From assembly GCA_009103225.1 (NCBI GenBank), contig RHPI01003009.1, forward strand, positions 657,917-721,916: a stretch of DNA of 64,000 nt, given 5' to 3'. The notes under the pieces were generated by a model that did not search any database, was not told the origin of the DNA, and worked only from the letters and a program-made list of their open reading frames with translations. The DNA is from Chlorokybus atmophyticus (lineage: Eukaryota; Plantae; Mesostigma and Chlorokybus algae). Position 1 is the first letter of the stretch, and the number at the start of each line of letters is the position of its first letter. Below are positions 36,592-49,873 of the stretch, piece after piece. The position numbers and the translations under genes were made by a program.

Positions 36592-39054
36592 TGAATACAT
36601 CGCTTATAGTTGAGGGCTAGATGTACAATAGATAGAATTGCGGACTGCATTAGCAATAAGTACACAATCATTGCAAGACACGGGTGCTTAAGAGACTCAT
36701 CAAACATTGCATGCATGCATGCATTTTTGAAACAAACCACTGCCATCATGCACAGTCTCAACTTACATGCACACAAGCGCACAGCAAGCACGCAACATGT
36801 TGCAAACGGTGCATTGGTGAAATGGCCAAGAAGTCACCAACCTGCATAGCACTTAAACGGCTCGGGTGGGTGCAAGAGCCACCATGCTGCTCTAGCCACC
36901 AACTCATGCTCGTGCACAAACAGCGAACTAGCCCGCCTTTGGCCCTTTAGTCTGCAACTCAAACACACGCAAAATAAGAGCGCCCAAACATGTTGGGTGT
37001 TGTATCCAACGCCACACGCAAGTAGACACAGCTGGCTGTAAAGATCTCCAGACTGAGCACAAAAGCAGCAAGCGGAGGGGAGCTAACCTTTGAGTCATCC
37101 ACAGCTGGATGAGACCGAGGAGCGCGCGTGCTAACAATTACCCCGAGCCCACCAGAGATGTACACACCACGAGCCAGCATACCACCACCTTCGACAGACG
37201 GTGCAGCCACAGCACCCACTTGCTCAACCACATCTTGGCGACCGACGCAGCACGTGTACTCCGCTGATGCGCAACCGTCCATGTACATCTGCTGCCTATC
37301 ATCGCTCTCACACAAGCAATCGCGCGCTATACCCTCCTCGCCAGCCATCTCGTCGCCCCCGCCGCTGATTATGACCAACAAAACCACAATACCCGCGAAA
37401 AGGAACCCCTATATGTGCGTTAGTGTCCATGACGACGGCGGGAACTCACGCCCAAGGATTGACACGCGCCATTACAACATCAACGCTTGAAACCACAGAA
37501 CTGCAGTGAGACGTCAAACGACGTCCCATCAACGCGCTAACTAATTGCAATTTTAACATGACGTCCGTCACAAATGATCTATAGGAAAACTCTAAAACAT
37601 TGCCAGCAGCGTTGACAACACACCCATCATCGTTGACTGACAGCGACACGGGGCGATTCTCAAGCGGCAAAGATGGCAGAGGTGAGCTGCGTTAGCGTTC
37701 CGACTGCTCAAGCCCCTGAGAACTCTCAGTTGAGAGAAGCAGCTGAAGAGAGCCTTATTCTGTTTGAAACGCATAAAAACGCTAGTCATCACGCTCGTTG
37801 TTACGCTTCGCCCATCACGCTCATCACGCGCATCACGCTCATCACGCCTGCTCAATGCACAAGTTACACGAAATTGCACCTCTTCATCAACAATGTGAGC
37901 AAGGATTCTCTGTGCCATGCAAGGTCAATCGATCGTAGACCCTTGCTTTGCAACATAAGCAGACGATAGCTTATTGTCAAATCATATTCTTGCATCAACA
38001 ACTTTTACCACAACCGCTTGTTTTAGCTGTAAACTTGTTATTTCTTAATTTTAATTAAAACAATGCCACCTGTGCAGCCGCTATCACCACAAGCTCCCGC
38101 TCATAGCAACAAAGGAACGAGAACAAACGTTGCCGTGGAAGCAGTTGATCAATTCTAAAAATGGCCATTCTTACATCACCAGGTAATATTGTTTGATTGG
38201 CAATAAAAACGGTGTGAGCTTGCAATGGTTTGCAACATCAACAAGTCTCACAAGCGGTGCACGATTACGCCGGTCAAATGCCGCTTGTAATAAGGCACTT
38301 CAACCATGTCTCAAAATGACACTTTTATTTAAATAAGTGTTTACTATTGCTAAATGGCTATCTGCAACAACATTAGGTCCTCTTTTGCAATCAACTTTAG
38401 TCCGATAAAAATCCAAAAAAGATTACTACGTCTCAGCGCTTTCGAGAGGTGCTACAAAGTGCGCAAGTTGCAACATAATGCATGGCAGATGAAACAAGAG
38501 ACTTCATCGATGCCCCAATGTCTAAACAATGCATTGATTATGGAAAGGACCCAAAAGAAGGCAACGAACATGACCTTATTGCAAGCTGAAGATAAACGAA
38601 TTATATACAAAATTAGTCCAACATTGGCACCGTTGGGGGTATGCCGGTATGCATCCGCCAACGATGATTGACCTCTATTCATGCCGCAACATGGCCTGAA
38701 AGATGCCCGGCATGCTTTTGATGCAGCTATAAGTTGAAAACGCACACTACCACTTGGTTAAAGCAACTTGTGCGGATGATGCTAGTATTCTCAACATTAG
38801 GGGAACATATTATACTTTTCAAGATTAAGTCAGATGTTGGAACATCCGATATGACTTGATTATGACCTATGCCAACCGCGCGTGCAGTTGGGACAAGCAC
38901 GCTTCCAGCCTCGATATTGTGATGTAGGGTTGTGAGGGGTCTGGAGTGCAATGCTAGTTGGGTGGTTAGTTAAGTTAACAAGGCTGACACGAACGAAAGT
39001 GATCAATATGATTTGTGGCTTTACTGTCTTGTCAATGAAATACAGTTCCCCCGN

Positions 39055-39381
39055 AGCGCAGAGCAAGCAGCAGCAGGCAATGGTGTGCAAGTGACATCAA
39101 CATCACCGGAAACAACACTTGCGCCTTCCGTCATGGAAACTTGTAGTCCTCAAAATGCGTTGCAAGGGACGGTTAAAGCTGAAGAAGCAGGCTCTCCTTT
39201 GCCGGCACAGAATATGTCATAGCAGCTGGTCAGTTACTTGGACTGTCTGCTAGGTTAATGCCCCTGTTGGCAAGCCGCATGGTGTCTTGTGGTATTTCCT
39301 CAGATTTGTCGGTTGTTGCTCTTGTGAGCATTATGTGCGGTAATGTTCATGTGGATGCAACGGACGTGCGCACCACCTTGC
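39055..39381 (+). repeat. 327-bp apparently identical copy of 45244-45570 (DCD gene 3' end and UTR), starting right after an N
   Basis: Direct sequence match; begins at the N at 39054. Confidence 0.9.
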
Positions 39382-39868
39382 CCCCCCACCAAACAACAAG
39401 CCATACCTTGCATTGGAGTTGTGAAATGTACAGCAATACAATCACTGCATAGCCTCGTTACAATGTGTTTGCAATGATCGATTGACCTATATTTTAACAT
39501 TGATGGAAAGATGGTAAAGGGCATTGCATTGATTGCTATGTCGAATTAAGCAATCAATTTTCAGATATTCTGGCAGTTAAGAATCCCAATACTATATTTT
39601 GGGGTCCAATGCTGAAGCTTGATCAGTTCAACATATACTCCTCTGCCACAGGGCAACAATGCAAATCTGCAACCTTTCATCACCTCGGCACTGCCTGCAC
39701 AAACTGAAGGCAAGGGATTGGGACAAGAGAACAAGCGAAACGCTACCAGGCTGCCGCAGCAGTTAAAATGGTGCATTGTTTGTGCCACATACATTGAACA
39801 TATTGGCCACATAGACTTCACTTGTTTACGACCTTATCCCCATGCCAGCAGGTACACTACTTGTGCTG

Positions 39869-41462
39869 CTATCTACTGCTTGGGCGAGCTTTCACTATCT
39901 CCACCTCAAACAACAAGGGCTGTCGCTGCGAGCGCTGCAGCCTTCTGCGCCCTCCCCAAGTGTTAGGAATCTGCACGGCACCACCCACAGCAACATCAGT
40001 AGGTTTGCACATGCAGCATTGCGAATGCCACAAACTAGCCGTTCAGGCACACAAAACAAATCAGGCAGTACCAGCTTGAAACACAATCGTGCTGCACGTC
40101 TGCATGCATGTGGGACTCAGCTAGCCATGCGTACCAAAAGACAAATTGATGACAAACCAACACGCAAGCAGTACAGTTCACAGTAATGCATGACATTGCA
40201 GGCTTCTGTTCTTTGGCAACGGGACGGTGGGCTGGAGAGCACAGTACATGCAATGGACTTTTTATAAACTGTCTTTGCCGCTGTTAACCTGCAGAGCAAG
40301 TTGTGCAACCACACTGTAGTAGCTCACATTGCAATTACTTACCGGTTTCACATCGGCCGTAACCCAGCCAAGGTCTGGCGGGACAAAAATACGCCGCTTG
40401 CCACCCACTCTCATACCTTCCATTCCCATCTCCACAGCAACTGGAACCTCGCCCTTGTTGACCGTCACTTTAAATGTGTCTCCAACATCATTCTTGCCTT
40501 CCTGACCGTACCCAACACTGAACAAGCACATCACTCTCAAGGCCTTGCTTGCACAACCATGATGTTGTCAATACAGCACTGCCACGATACTTCTGTGTCC
40601 GTACCTGTCCAGGTAGTAACCATTAATCATGTAGATTGTGTAGAATACCTGTCGCCATGCAGATGCGTTGGATATCAGTTCCAGCGCGCCCCATAGCCTG
40701 CAACTACCCATCAACTACCTGGAGCCACAGCAGATGAGAGGGCAACCTACATCAAGGACATCGCCGGTTTTGATAACTGGGCCAGTGCCCACACCTATGT
40801 CCCTATACTTCACCCCTGCAAGGAGACAAGTCAGATGAAGCATGCACGGAAGGCACGTCCAAGTTGACTCAAGAACACGACTGTGTTTCAACTGAACGAG
40901 AGGTGCAATCCACGTGCAAGACTGGCTGCAAGAGCGGTTATCATTCTGGCACACAAACTGCGATCGCATTAGGTGGCATCCATGTTGCATTGCAAACGAT
41001 GAATCTCAAGTGACTGCATTGCAGTATTGCCGACCCAAGCTTAACAAGCTGTCACAATCACGAACACTTGCACAAGACAAGCAAACCTCTGGCGAGGTCG
41101 ATGATGGGCGCCATATTGGCTTCAAGATCCTCCCGTCTGCGCTCGCCAAGCTCGCGGGCCTTTTCAATGTTGTACACAGATTGCTTTTTCTGGCCGGTGG
41201 CCTCAGCTCCAACAGCAGGCGGATTTGAAGCTGACAGGAGCGCTGCCAGCGCAGCGCTGATAGATGCAACAGCACGTCTCCTCCCTCCTGCAGCGGCATG
41301 CTGCTGCTGCGGCGTGGCTGCAGCAGCAACATTAGTAGCGGCATGGCGCCTGCTGCTTCCTGCTTGTTTGGCGCAACTACGCTTGCTTGGGCTGAGCTGC
41401 TTAACAAGGTTTGGGTATAGCGTTAGCGATGAAGCCAAGCCCGTCAGCATGCTGCATGTCAT
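39869..41462 (-). CDS. Thylakoid-lumen FKBP-type peptidyl-prolyl isomerase
   Basis: Five phase-consistent exons (41462-41087, 40815-40751, 40648-40605, 40517-40343, 39970-39869). A transit peptide with a twin-Arg signal (GGRRRAVASISAALAALL...VGA) precedes GVKYRDIGVGTG...GMRVGGKRRIFVPPDLGW...PLLFEVEIVK. Confidence 0.92.
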
Positions 41463-42236
41463 TGCGCTCTTTTCTCCTGCAATGTGCTGGAGAAAGCCCC
41501 GCGTCAGCAGCGAGCCATCAACAGCGGCACCAGCTGCTCCCCACGACTGTCATCACACCCAGTCAGGCCATGACACCAAGCAACAAGCAGCAGCTCGCCC
41601 TCAACTCGTCCAAGGCAACAGCACCTGCTCCTCTCCCTCTTCCTGCTCGTCCTCCTTCTCCTCCGCCACCGCCGTAGCTGTGACCAACATCAGTGCAAGT
41701 TAACCCTAAACCGGCCACATACATGCTCAGAGCGGCGGCGGTGTTGGGCGTTGGCGAGCAGACGAAGGGCCGAGGCAGAGGCTGGTGGTGCTTGCTAGAG
41801 CTGGAACGCTGTGCTTTGACACGTCTCTTTGCTGCTGCCAAGTGTTGATCCTGCTGCACTTGGGTCAGGTATGTTGTTATAACAGTATGAAGCGTCAGAG
41901 CATGATTGGTTCAACACGTGCTCATATTGGCTTGCATGTGATGTGATGTGTGCATGATGGGTTGAGGTGTCGACACTTAGAGAAGCAGTGTAAGCCATGC
42001 AGCCATGCTGCTAGCCTTCTGTGCATGTATTGTCGCATGCTATTAGGCAGGCAGGTGGTTGCTTGCGCTTTGGCTGCAAGGCAGGGAAGCCTTGCAGCCA
42101 GTACACTGGTGATCAGGTTGTTGCTTGACTCGTTGTTATGTCTGGAGAGTTTTGATGCTAGGCGGTGGCATTGACATCTGCCTTTGAATACAGACAATCA
42201 GAATCGCTTGCTGGCTGCCGGTTTGGGGGCTCCCTC

Positions 42237-42546
42237 ATGGCGTTGAAGCCGCAGCAGCCAGCTTATGAGGAGGGTTACGCCACGGTTTCGTGGCTGATCG
42301 CCGCGCTAGTGTTTGCGCACATAGCAGCTTTTGTATCCAACCCTCAAGCATGCTGTTGCTGGCTGCACCCATTGGCAGTGCTTCAATCACCGGGCAGTTG
42401 TGCATGTATGCGTGTGCATGTGTATGCGTGCATGTACGTGTGCCTGTGTGTACCCTTGACTACGCCTACAGGGCTACTGGGTGTATCGACTAACATCCGA
42501 CAAGGCCGAACCACGCGGCAGTACCAAGGGTGAAAAGCAGACCTAG
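42237..42546 (+). CDS. 56-aa single-pass membrane microprotein (missed by the ORF track)
   Basis: Exons 42237-42332 and 42472-42546 give MALKPQQPAYEEGYATVSWLIAALVFAHIAAFGYWVYRLTSDKAEPRGSTKGEKQT*. A probable 5'-UTR intron spans 41869-42193. From recall, it resembles small green-lineage proteins ending H..A..YWIYRL. Confidence 0.72.
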
Positions 42547-42692
42547 AAGGAGGAGGACTTCTTTTGGTAAGCGCGCCCATGTATTGTATGAGATTCTGTT
42601 GCAGCTCAGTTTTCTGAGCCAGCAAGGCTGGCTCTGCTTGGTTGCTTACACCTGCGCTTCTCTCACTAGTTCACACGTCTGTGCCCCTTGAG

Positions 42693-45411
42693 ATGGAGTG
42701 GGGTCACTACTATTACGTGGATGCTGATGCGCAAGACTTGGCCACTCAGGCGCAGTACTACCATGCCGAAGGCCAGCAGTACGTTCCTGAGTACGTGCCC
42801 GTGCAAGCGTCCACCTATCAGGTTGCTGCATTGTGCAGTGTATCATCAGGTGCCTATCATAAGTGGCTTATGCATACTGATCTGGATTGACATCGGCTTG
42901 ATGCGCAGGAGTACGTGTCGTACGATGCTCAGGCCTCTGGATCCGAGCAACAGGAGGCTCATGTTGGTTATGCTGCTGCTGCTTACCGCAATTGGCATGA
43001 GCAAGCACAGGCGTACGCTTACAACTGGTATGCTTCGCAATCGTCACATCAGCATACCTCCGGAGAGCAACAGACTTCCCACAACCATGCTGGAGATGAA
43101 CATGCAAATTCTGTATTGAAACGGCTGAGCTACCCAACCCAGCAGGTGCTCCAGTTACTAGACACGCTGCGCATGCGCCATAGTTGTGAACGTCATATGT
43201 CTGATGGTGAATTGTTTAGAGCAAGGCAAAGCCGAAGCTTGCCTCCACAATTGGTGAAGTCAGGCATGCGACTCGGTCGAGCAAGCCATCAACGGATTCA
43301 TCCGGGCTGGCGGGCGCAATATTTGGATGCACAAATGAAACGGAATCGGAGTGTCTTAATCGCATGCTGTTTGCCTCGCCGAATAACCCGCAAAGTCTGT
43401 CGCTGATGGCACGCATAGAGCCTGGGATAATGGTGTTCCTCTACAACTTCAACACCAAGTCTTTTCATGGTACGCTTATGTAAGCTGCAAGACCGCCTGG
43501 CATTGTAATTTGTACGATTGCATGACCATTGCCTTATCTGGTTCCGGCCACCAACATAGGGCAACACTGCCAATGCTGAGTGTGCATGACATCATGTCTC
43601 CAGGTGTGTTTGAAGCGATAACCAAAGGCGGCAATTACGAGCCCTCTGCTTTCAAAGGGAGGTATCCATGTCAGGTACTTACTGTCGGTGATGCAATCCA
43701 GAATAGATCTGTTTCATGGCAATAACCAATACATGCCTCAGGTGCGGGTTCGGCGCCTCAGCTACTATGCCCCATTGAAGGAAGCAATGGTTAAGAGCGC
43801 ACTTAAGTATTTCTCAACTCACAAGTTCAACTTTAGCCTGGACAACAAGCAGGTGACAAACTCGAATGCTTAGCAGTTGCTTATCTTAGCCTTTTGGCAA
43901 GCACCAGCATGTTCGTGTATAGAAGCGCTGCTCACTGTGCATGCTTGGTCGTCGGGCCATAGTCCAAATGTGATACTGTCGCTCAGCAAGGTGGTTCATT
44001 TGCTTTATCGCTGTTGGAAAGAATGACAGCATGCGCATGCTCCAGGTAGCCAAGTTTCTAGACGCGTTTGCTGCCAGCGCTGGCGCGGATCCGGTCACTG
44101 GCGCCAACGAGGTATCAATGACACAGGCTGACTTGCAAGGTACTGTAAGTGCCCCTCGAACAAGCCAACCTGTACCTCGATCGGCAGGTGAGTGACCTCG
44201 TGGCCCCTTTGTCAATGACACAAGTTATCAGCCCTTGACTCGCAAAGTGGCTATTGGAGTGCATATCGTTGTCGGCTCGAAGACAAGCAATAGTGTTTGA
44301 CGTAGGAGGGATTGCCTTGCCTATGGAAGGGACTACTACGACTGGTCTTCCCGTCGAGCCCGTGGTGTTTGGTGATGAAGAGAAGAGAAAGGCCAGGGAG
44401 TGGTTTGCAAAGTACGAGCGGTCACCTCAGATGGCTTCAGCTGTGACACGCACCGACAGCAGAATTGCAAAGGCCGACAGTGACCAGCCAAGAGGTGTGA
44501 AGGAGAAACCCACAGTGCCAACTGACCCCCCAAACACTTGCGGGACTTCAACACCAGAGTCGAATGATGCGGCAGATGAACAAGTCATGGGTGCAACAGC
44601 GGACGACAGAAACGCTTCTCGACATTCGATTCCTCACCAAGCAGCAAGCAGTTCTCATGGAAGTCCAGTCAAAGTGCAAGGCCAGAATGCGTTGAGGCCG
44701 TCCAGCATGTCCGGCGGGACTCCCTCTGCGTTTTGGGCCCCCGTTAGGCTATCTACTCCTCCAGGAGGAGTTTCTTCTGTTAACACAGCGGTTTCTGATG
44801 ACAATGCTGCAGCTGCAACATCGGCCCTGGTCGCTCACGCCAAAGCAGATGCCAGTCCACCAAGCAAGCCGATGGAGCCAGCATGTGTGCTCTCAACGGA
44901 GAGTCTTGGTGCAGACGTGCTTGTGGAGGAGGCACAACCTGCAGACACTGGCGTCAAAGAGACCAGCAGTTTGGCAGGTGGAGATGTGTCGGTCAAGCGC
45001 AGAGCAGACGCATTGGAAAGCAGCAACGACAGCAAGCGTCTGCGTATGGAAAGCATTCCAGCACCAGCCGATGTTGCAGACAAATCAGCTGAGTTGGAAC
45101 AGCGAACAGTTAAAGCAGAGCCGCACAATGGTCAAGCCCCCATGGGTACAGAAACTCTGGCCTTGGCACCCGGTCAAGTGGATGCTACTTGCGCTGTGCA
45201 AAGTCCCTCTGATGTGCCAGCTCGTGAGTCCGTTCCTTCAGTAAGCGCAGAGCAAGCAGCAGCAGGCAATGGTGTGCAAGTGACATCAACATCACCGGAA
45301 ACAACACTTGCGCCTTCCGTCATGGAAACTTGTAGTCCTCAAAATGCGTTGCAAGGGACGGTTAAAGCTGAAGAAGCAGGCTCTCCTTTGCCGGCACAGA
45401 ATATGTCATAG
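42693..45411 (+). CDS. DCD (Development and Cell Death) domain protein, about 681 aa
   Basis: Seven phase-consistent exons (42693-42821, 42909-43145, 43220-43469, 43604-43674, 43742-43852, 44046-44187, 44306-45411). DCD domain: LAGAIFGCTNETESECLNRMLFASP...PGIMVFLYNFNTKSFHGVFEA...YPCQVRVRR...PLKE...HKFNFSL. Confidence 0.9.
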
Positions 45412-46262
45412 CAGCTGGTCAGTTACTTGGACTGTCTGCTAGGTTAATGCCCCTGTTGGCAAGCCGCATGGTGTCTTGTGGTATTTCCTCAGATTTGTCG
45501 GTTGTTGCTCTTGTGAGCATTATGTGCGGTAATGTTCATGTGGATGCAACGGACGTGCGCACCACCTTGCGCAAGTTTCGGCATGCCCCATGCGCATTGG
45601 CTAGTGCGTGTTGTGCATTACGCACTTAGGATTGCAAGGTAGGTAACTGGTCCACACCTAGTGACGCAACTCACCCTTCCTTTTCCTACCCAGACATGAC
45701 AATAATAGCCGATGCCATGCCTACCCTATCATCACAATTCGAGGAACGCCGCATGCCTTGTGGCACATGACATGTTGTGTAATGCTACATACTGCGACCG
45801 TTCGCTTGGTGAAATCTTTCATCCCATATATGGTGTAGGCGCATGACATGATGGATGGTTGTTGGCGCGCTGTTAAGCATAAAACTTGGGCCAATTGCTA
45901 TGAAGCAATTACGCCACAAAATGCAACCCTCAAAGCGTGGCAACTTGCATTCATGCTTGATACAAGTAAAGGGGCCCAGAATACAAGTCAGGCAGAAACC
46001 ACAAGATAAAGCAACAATGAGCAGCATACAGCGACGACCTCGACTGCACAGGCAGTGTCATGCTGACATGGTGCATGCCAGCTAATACTAACCGCAATGT
46101 GCAGGCAATGCTGCCTGGCGGCAGCAATTGCAGTGTATGGTAGGCGAGTGCAGCAAGGGCGGAGGTGGCGGTGTGGGGGGAGGGAAGGGAGTCCTTGTGG
46201 TCTGCTGCTGCTGCTACTGCTGGGGTCGAAGGGCTGGCCGCTAACCCTGCACCGTTGTCCAG

Positions 46263-46568
46263 GTGACTGATTGGGCATTTCATCCCCTCGCCGCCGAGAC
46301 GCACGGCACCCTGGGTCAGAGTTTTCACGACGTCATTGACACATGCGCTAGGAGGGCACTGGCTACACGTGACTTGCCGTTAAGCAGGCTGTCGGGCTAC
46401 TTGGCTCTGTACCGGCAGCGCGTGTCATGCGCGTTGCAGCGTGCCCAGGGCATCACCATCCTAGAACGGGGAGCGGCAGTCGTAGCGGCGGTACCAGGCT
46501 GGGGCCCGGTCCAGATGGCGGCACCAACGGCGGAAGCGGACGCTGTGCTGGCGGCGGCGGCAGTGTAG
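46263..46568 (+). mobile_element. 3' fragment of a non-LTR retrotransposon with a restriction-like endonuclease (CRE/R2-like); 3' tail probably extends to about 46880
   Basis: FHPLAAETHGTLG...YRQRVSCALQRAQG matches the recalled RLE C-terminal motif F-x-P-x-x-x-E-x-x-G...Q-R-x-S-x-x-x-Q-R. Confidence 0.7.
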
Positions 46569-47519
46569 TTGTGTAGGCGTGCTTGCATGCTGCTGGCATG
46601 CGTGTGGGTGTGCTTGTGCAGTGATAGGCAGAGATGACAGTGCGTAGCTTGGTGTGACGATGTAATAGGCATGGATGACAGTACGTAGCTATGTGTGACG
46701 ATGTTGCTGTACTAGTAATGGGGATTGGGACACTTGCTTGCTTGTGTGTTTAACGGGGAAGGCGAGGAGTGTAGTAGTCGTAGATAGTATAGCCCGGTGG
46801 TGAATTAAACATCATGCTGTTTGCTATGTGTGATGGGTGAATGTCACTGTGTGTGTGGTAATGCATGACACCCCTTGCATGCAACCTATGAGGCATAACA
46901 TCCTTTATACATACACGCTAGCCACCTAAGCTCAACTTAACCAAAAAGCTAAGTCAAGGTAGGGGGGTCGTCGCCGATGTGCGCACATACGCGAGCAAGT
47001 GCAAGGTAGAGCACGCAGTTCGAACGATATACAGTAACATTATTATGCGTATATTATGCATGTTGACACACTGTCAACATGCATAACATGCATATTGACA
47101 CATTTTTCACGCGATCCGAGAGCATGGCTTAAGCTGCAATGCTATGCTTTTGCTGTTCATGCATGGACAGGTGTTTGCTATGATTGCTAAGGACGACAGC
47201 AATGCACGTGCTCCCCTCATGGTAACGATGCCCGCATGATGGCATTATACACGTAGGGTGCGGACTTACCATACCCCAACGCGCGCTGGTGGTAACATCT
47301 TCCTCCGCACAAGACCTAACAGCTGCCGTTTGCTATGACCGTCCTCATGCATTGTGCGAATCCATGCACCCATAGCTTGGACAAGATTATGCTTGAACGT
47401 GCAAAACCCGATGATACCGCACACACTGTGACCATACTACACCGTGTTTGCACTGGTTCGTTGAGTCTAAGAAGGGGTGGGGTATTGCACGGACTGGTAT
47501 GCTTGAAAAGTCTTGTAGG

Positions 47520-48082
47520 CATAGTTACAAAGTACGCAATACGTGTACTAGTACGTGGTATGCAAAGTACGCGTATGTTCTCGTACTTTTTTCACAATAA
47601 GTCGGCCAGTACGTATTTCATATCTTATTCATGCGTACTACTGATAAATGTCAATAGCGTTTGATGCGATATGTGTGCTAACAAGTGATGGGCAACTCAT
47701 TATACATCACAATGCATTTTAACACCGTATTTCAACCACCAATGTTTTGATATAATCAAAGTCATTTCCAATAGCAATGCTTTACCTAACATGTTATTAC
47801 GTAATATCATAACATTTTTCTAAGATGCTTTATTACTTGCAGTGCTGACAGGTGAGGTGGGTCGCACGGCGCTGCCGCGACCTACCCCGCCGCGTGATAG
47901 GTCGCGCGCGGCACGTCACCGAAGGCCGTTTACTGCGCTATCTGCGGTCATTTACGAAAAATGACCTATTTTAGCCCAATACCGTACGATTCCACGTACT
48001 TTCAACGTATCATTAACAACTGCTTGCTGTACGCGTACCATTACGTATTTTTATGCCAAAAGTCGCGTACTTTGTTACTATG
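47520..48082. mobile_element. 563-bp hAT-type MITE
   Basis: 18-bp TIRs CATAGT(T/A)ACAAAGTACGC and an exact 8-bp TSD CTTGTAGG (47512-47519 and 48083-48090). Subterminal GTAC-rich repeats. Confidence 0.92.
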
Positions 48083-48479
48083 CTTGTAGGGATAGCTTAA
48101 AGTGCATGAACTGTTTATTATTTAGTAACCAAGTTGGTAGAAGTCATGAAGAAAGAAAAGCCCACTTTACATAGTTGATTCAGAAGGTTGCAATTGCATA
48201 ACATGCCGTAACTCTCCGACAAGACACTTCTTTATCAAGTGTCTTTTGTATCAAGTGTTATGCAATTGCAATCTTCATCATAACACACTCAGCAGCCAAA
48301 GCTTAATGGTTGATACGTTGAGCACATCAGCTTGCATAGGCCTAGGATTCCATGTCAACATCACAACCATTTTAATGTTAATTGCTTGCTGTTTGCAAGC
48401 AAAACGACAATTTGCCTACGATATGCACAGTAGCTAACCGCAGGCCCCTGAACACTAACAGATTATGTCGGGGGCGCTC

Positions 48480-49873
48480 AATTCAGCATAGAAGGATGGC
48501 ACCAACATCCTCAAATAATATCCACTAAAAAGCCCTCTCACATGCCTGTGTGTGTGAATCCATGCAGCATACTTCTTCATATACTATGCTTTGAAGGAGC
48601 TGAAACAGGAGACATCCAACACCTGCAACCTGTGTGTTGTGTGCGGAGAAAGGACGAGGATCTCCAACCCCATGGCTTTGCATTTGTCTATCGTCGCCAC
48701 GTTGTAGCGATTAACATGCCCATCGCAGATGAGCAGCGCAGGGTTGCTTGGGCTGATCCACCCAGGCATGTCAACGTCAGGTGGTTTATCCAGGTTACAA
48801 AGTGCTCGGTTGTCATGCATTTCCTGGCAGCTGAGTTGTGCATCAGGGATGGAGAATGCATCAGACCACTCTGGGTGCTTGCCAGCAAGCATTGCAGTGG
48901 GGGGATCCACATAGCCAGAGCCTGTTATTGCTGCCATGACGGTAATATGCTGCCTTGCACCTGTGGTTGCCAACTGTGCATATTTGACACCTCTGCAAGC
49001 AAAGGTATGTGTGACTCTCAGCTCAGCAACCAGCATTGCATGCAACCACAACAACATTTGCTCAACTCTTACCTTGTCACAATTATTGCTCTGTTTCTCG
49101 TTGTGCTGTATGGTTCAATGTCTATTTCGAAATAGGGAATCATCCTCTCTAGTCCTATGCCGAGCTGAGCAACCACCTCCTTCAACCTCCTGAAGTAATC
49201 TTTGACAATCCATCTTCGGAAGCTTGTTCTTCAACTGGCATCCACTGGCTCGGCCTTACGCTTCGTGAGGTTGTGCCTCTTCATAAACCGCCTCACCCAC
49301 TTCTCTCCAAGTATTCCCTCTTTGAATTCTGCTCTTCTCTTGTCATCACGGGAGCAGCTTGGCAACCTGGAGAGCAATATCATCGTGTGTTATTGCTTGT
49401 CCCATGTTATTCTGCAAGTCAATAATGCAACTATCTGCCTCTCCTCCTCTTTGAGTTAGAACAAAAGGCCTGCCTGCACCCCTGCAGCAAAAAACATAAG
49501 AAAACTCTAAACACTGCATTGCACTGTGTGTTTGCTGTAACTCTACTAACTCTACTTACTTGTACTCGTTCAGGCGCTCAGGGTTGGCCATGTAGTTCTT
49601 CATAGTGGACTCTGATAAGCCAAGGTCTTTGGCAGCCTTAGCAGCAGTCATACACCTTGCCTTAATGGCAACCATGGCCTCTTGTACCTTGGGAAACAGC
49701 AGCTGCCTGTCCTTCTTCTTCATGTAGGGGCCCCTCTTGCCTTTGTTCAGCTCAGCCTTCTCGCGCAGCTGAACTTGCTTGTTGGTGACACATTTTGCAC
49801 GTGTAGCTGCACCCCTCCTTACCTGCAGCAGAGTGACCCTCGTCGGACACAATAACATGCTGGCAGTTGTCAC
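48480..49873 (-). pseudogene. pogo/Fot1-like transposase remnant (psq-type HTH, CENP-B-like HTH, DDE_1)
   Basis: EAMVAIKARCMTAAKAAKDLGLSESTMKNY; WVRRFMKRHNL; HITVMAAITGSG...LLICDGH...LSPHTTHRLQVLDVSCFSSFK. Termini were not found. Confidence 0.85.

Noticed and set aside
39055-39381. Apparent partial duplication of the DCD gene 3' end
   Set aside because: The copy looks identical and begins exactly at an N join, so a scaffolding artefact is more likely than a real duplication. Long reads are needed to decide.
41699-41712. AACCCTAAACC telo-box-like motif between FKBP and the microprotein gene
   Set aside because: A single short motif that could occur by chance; insufficient to call a regulatory site.
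44254-45411. Standalone 385-aa ORF
   Set aside because: It is the last exon of the DCD gene (acceptor at 44305).
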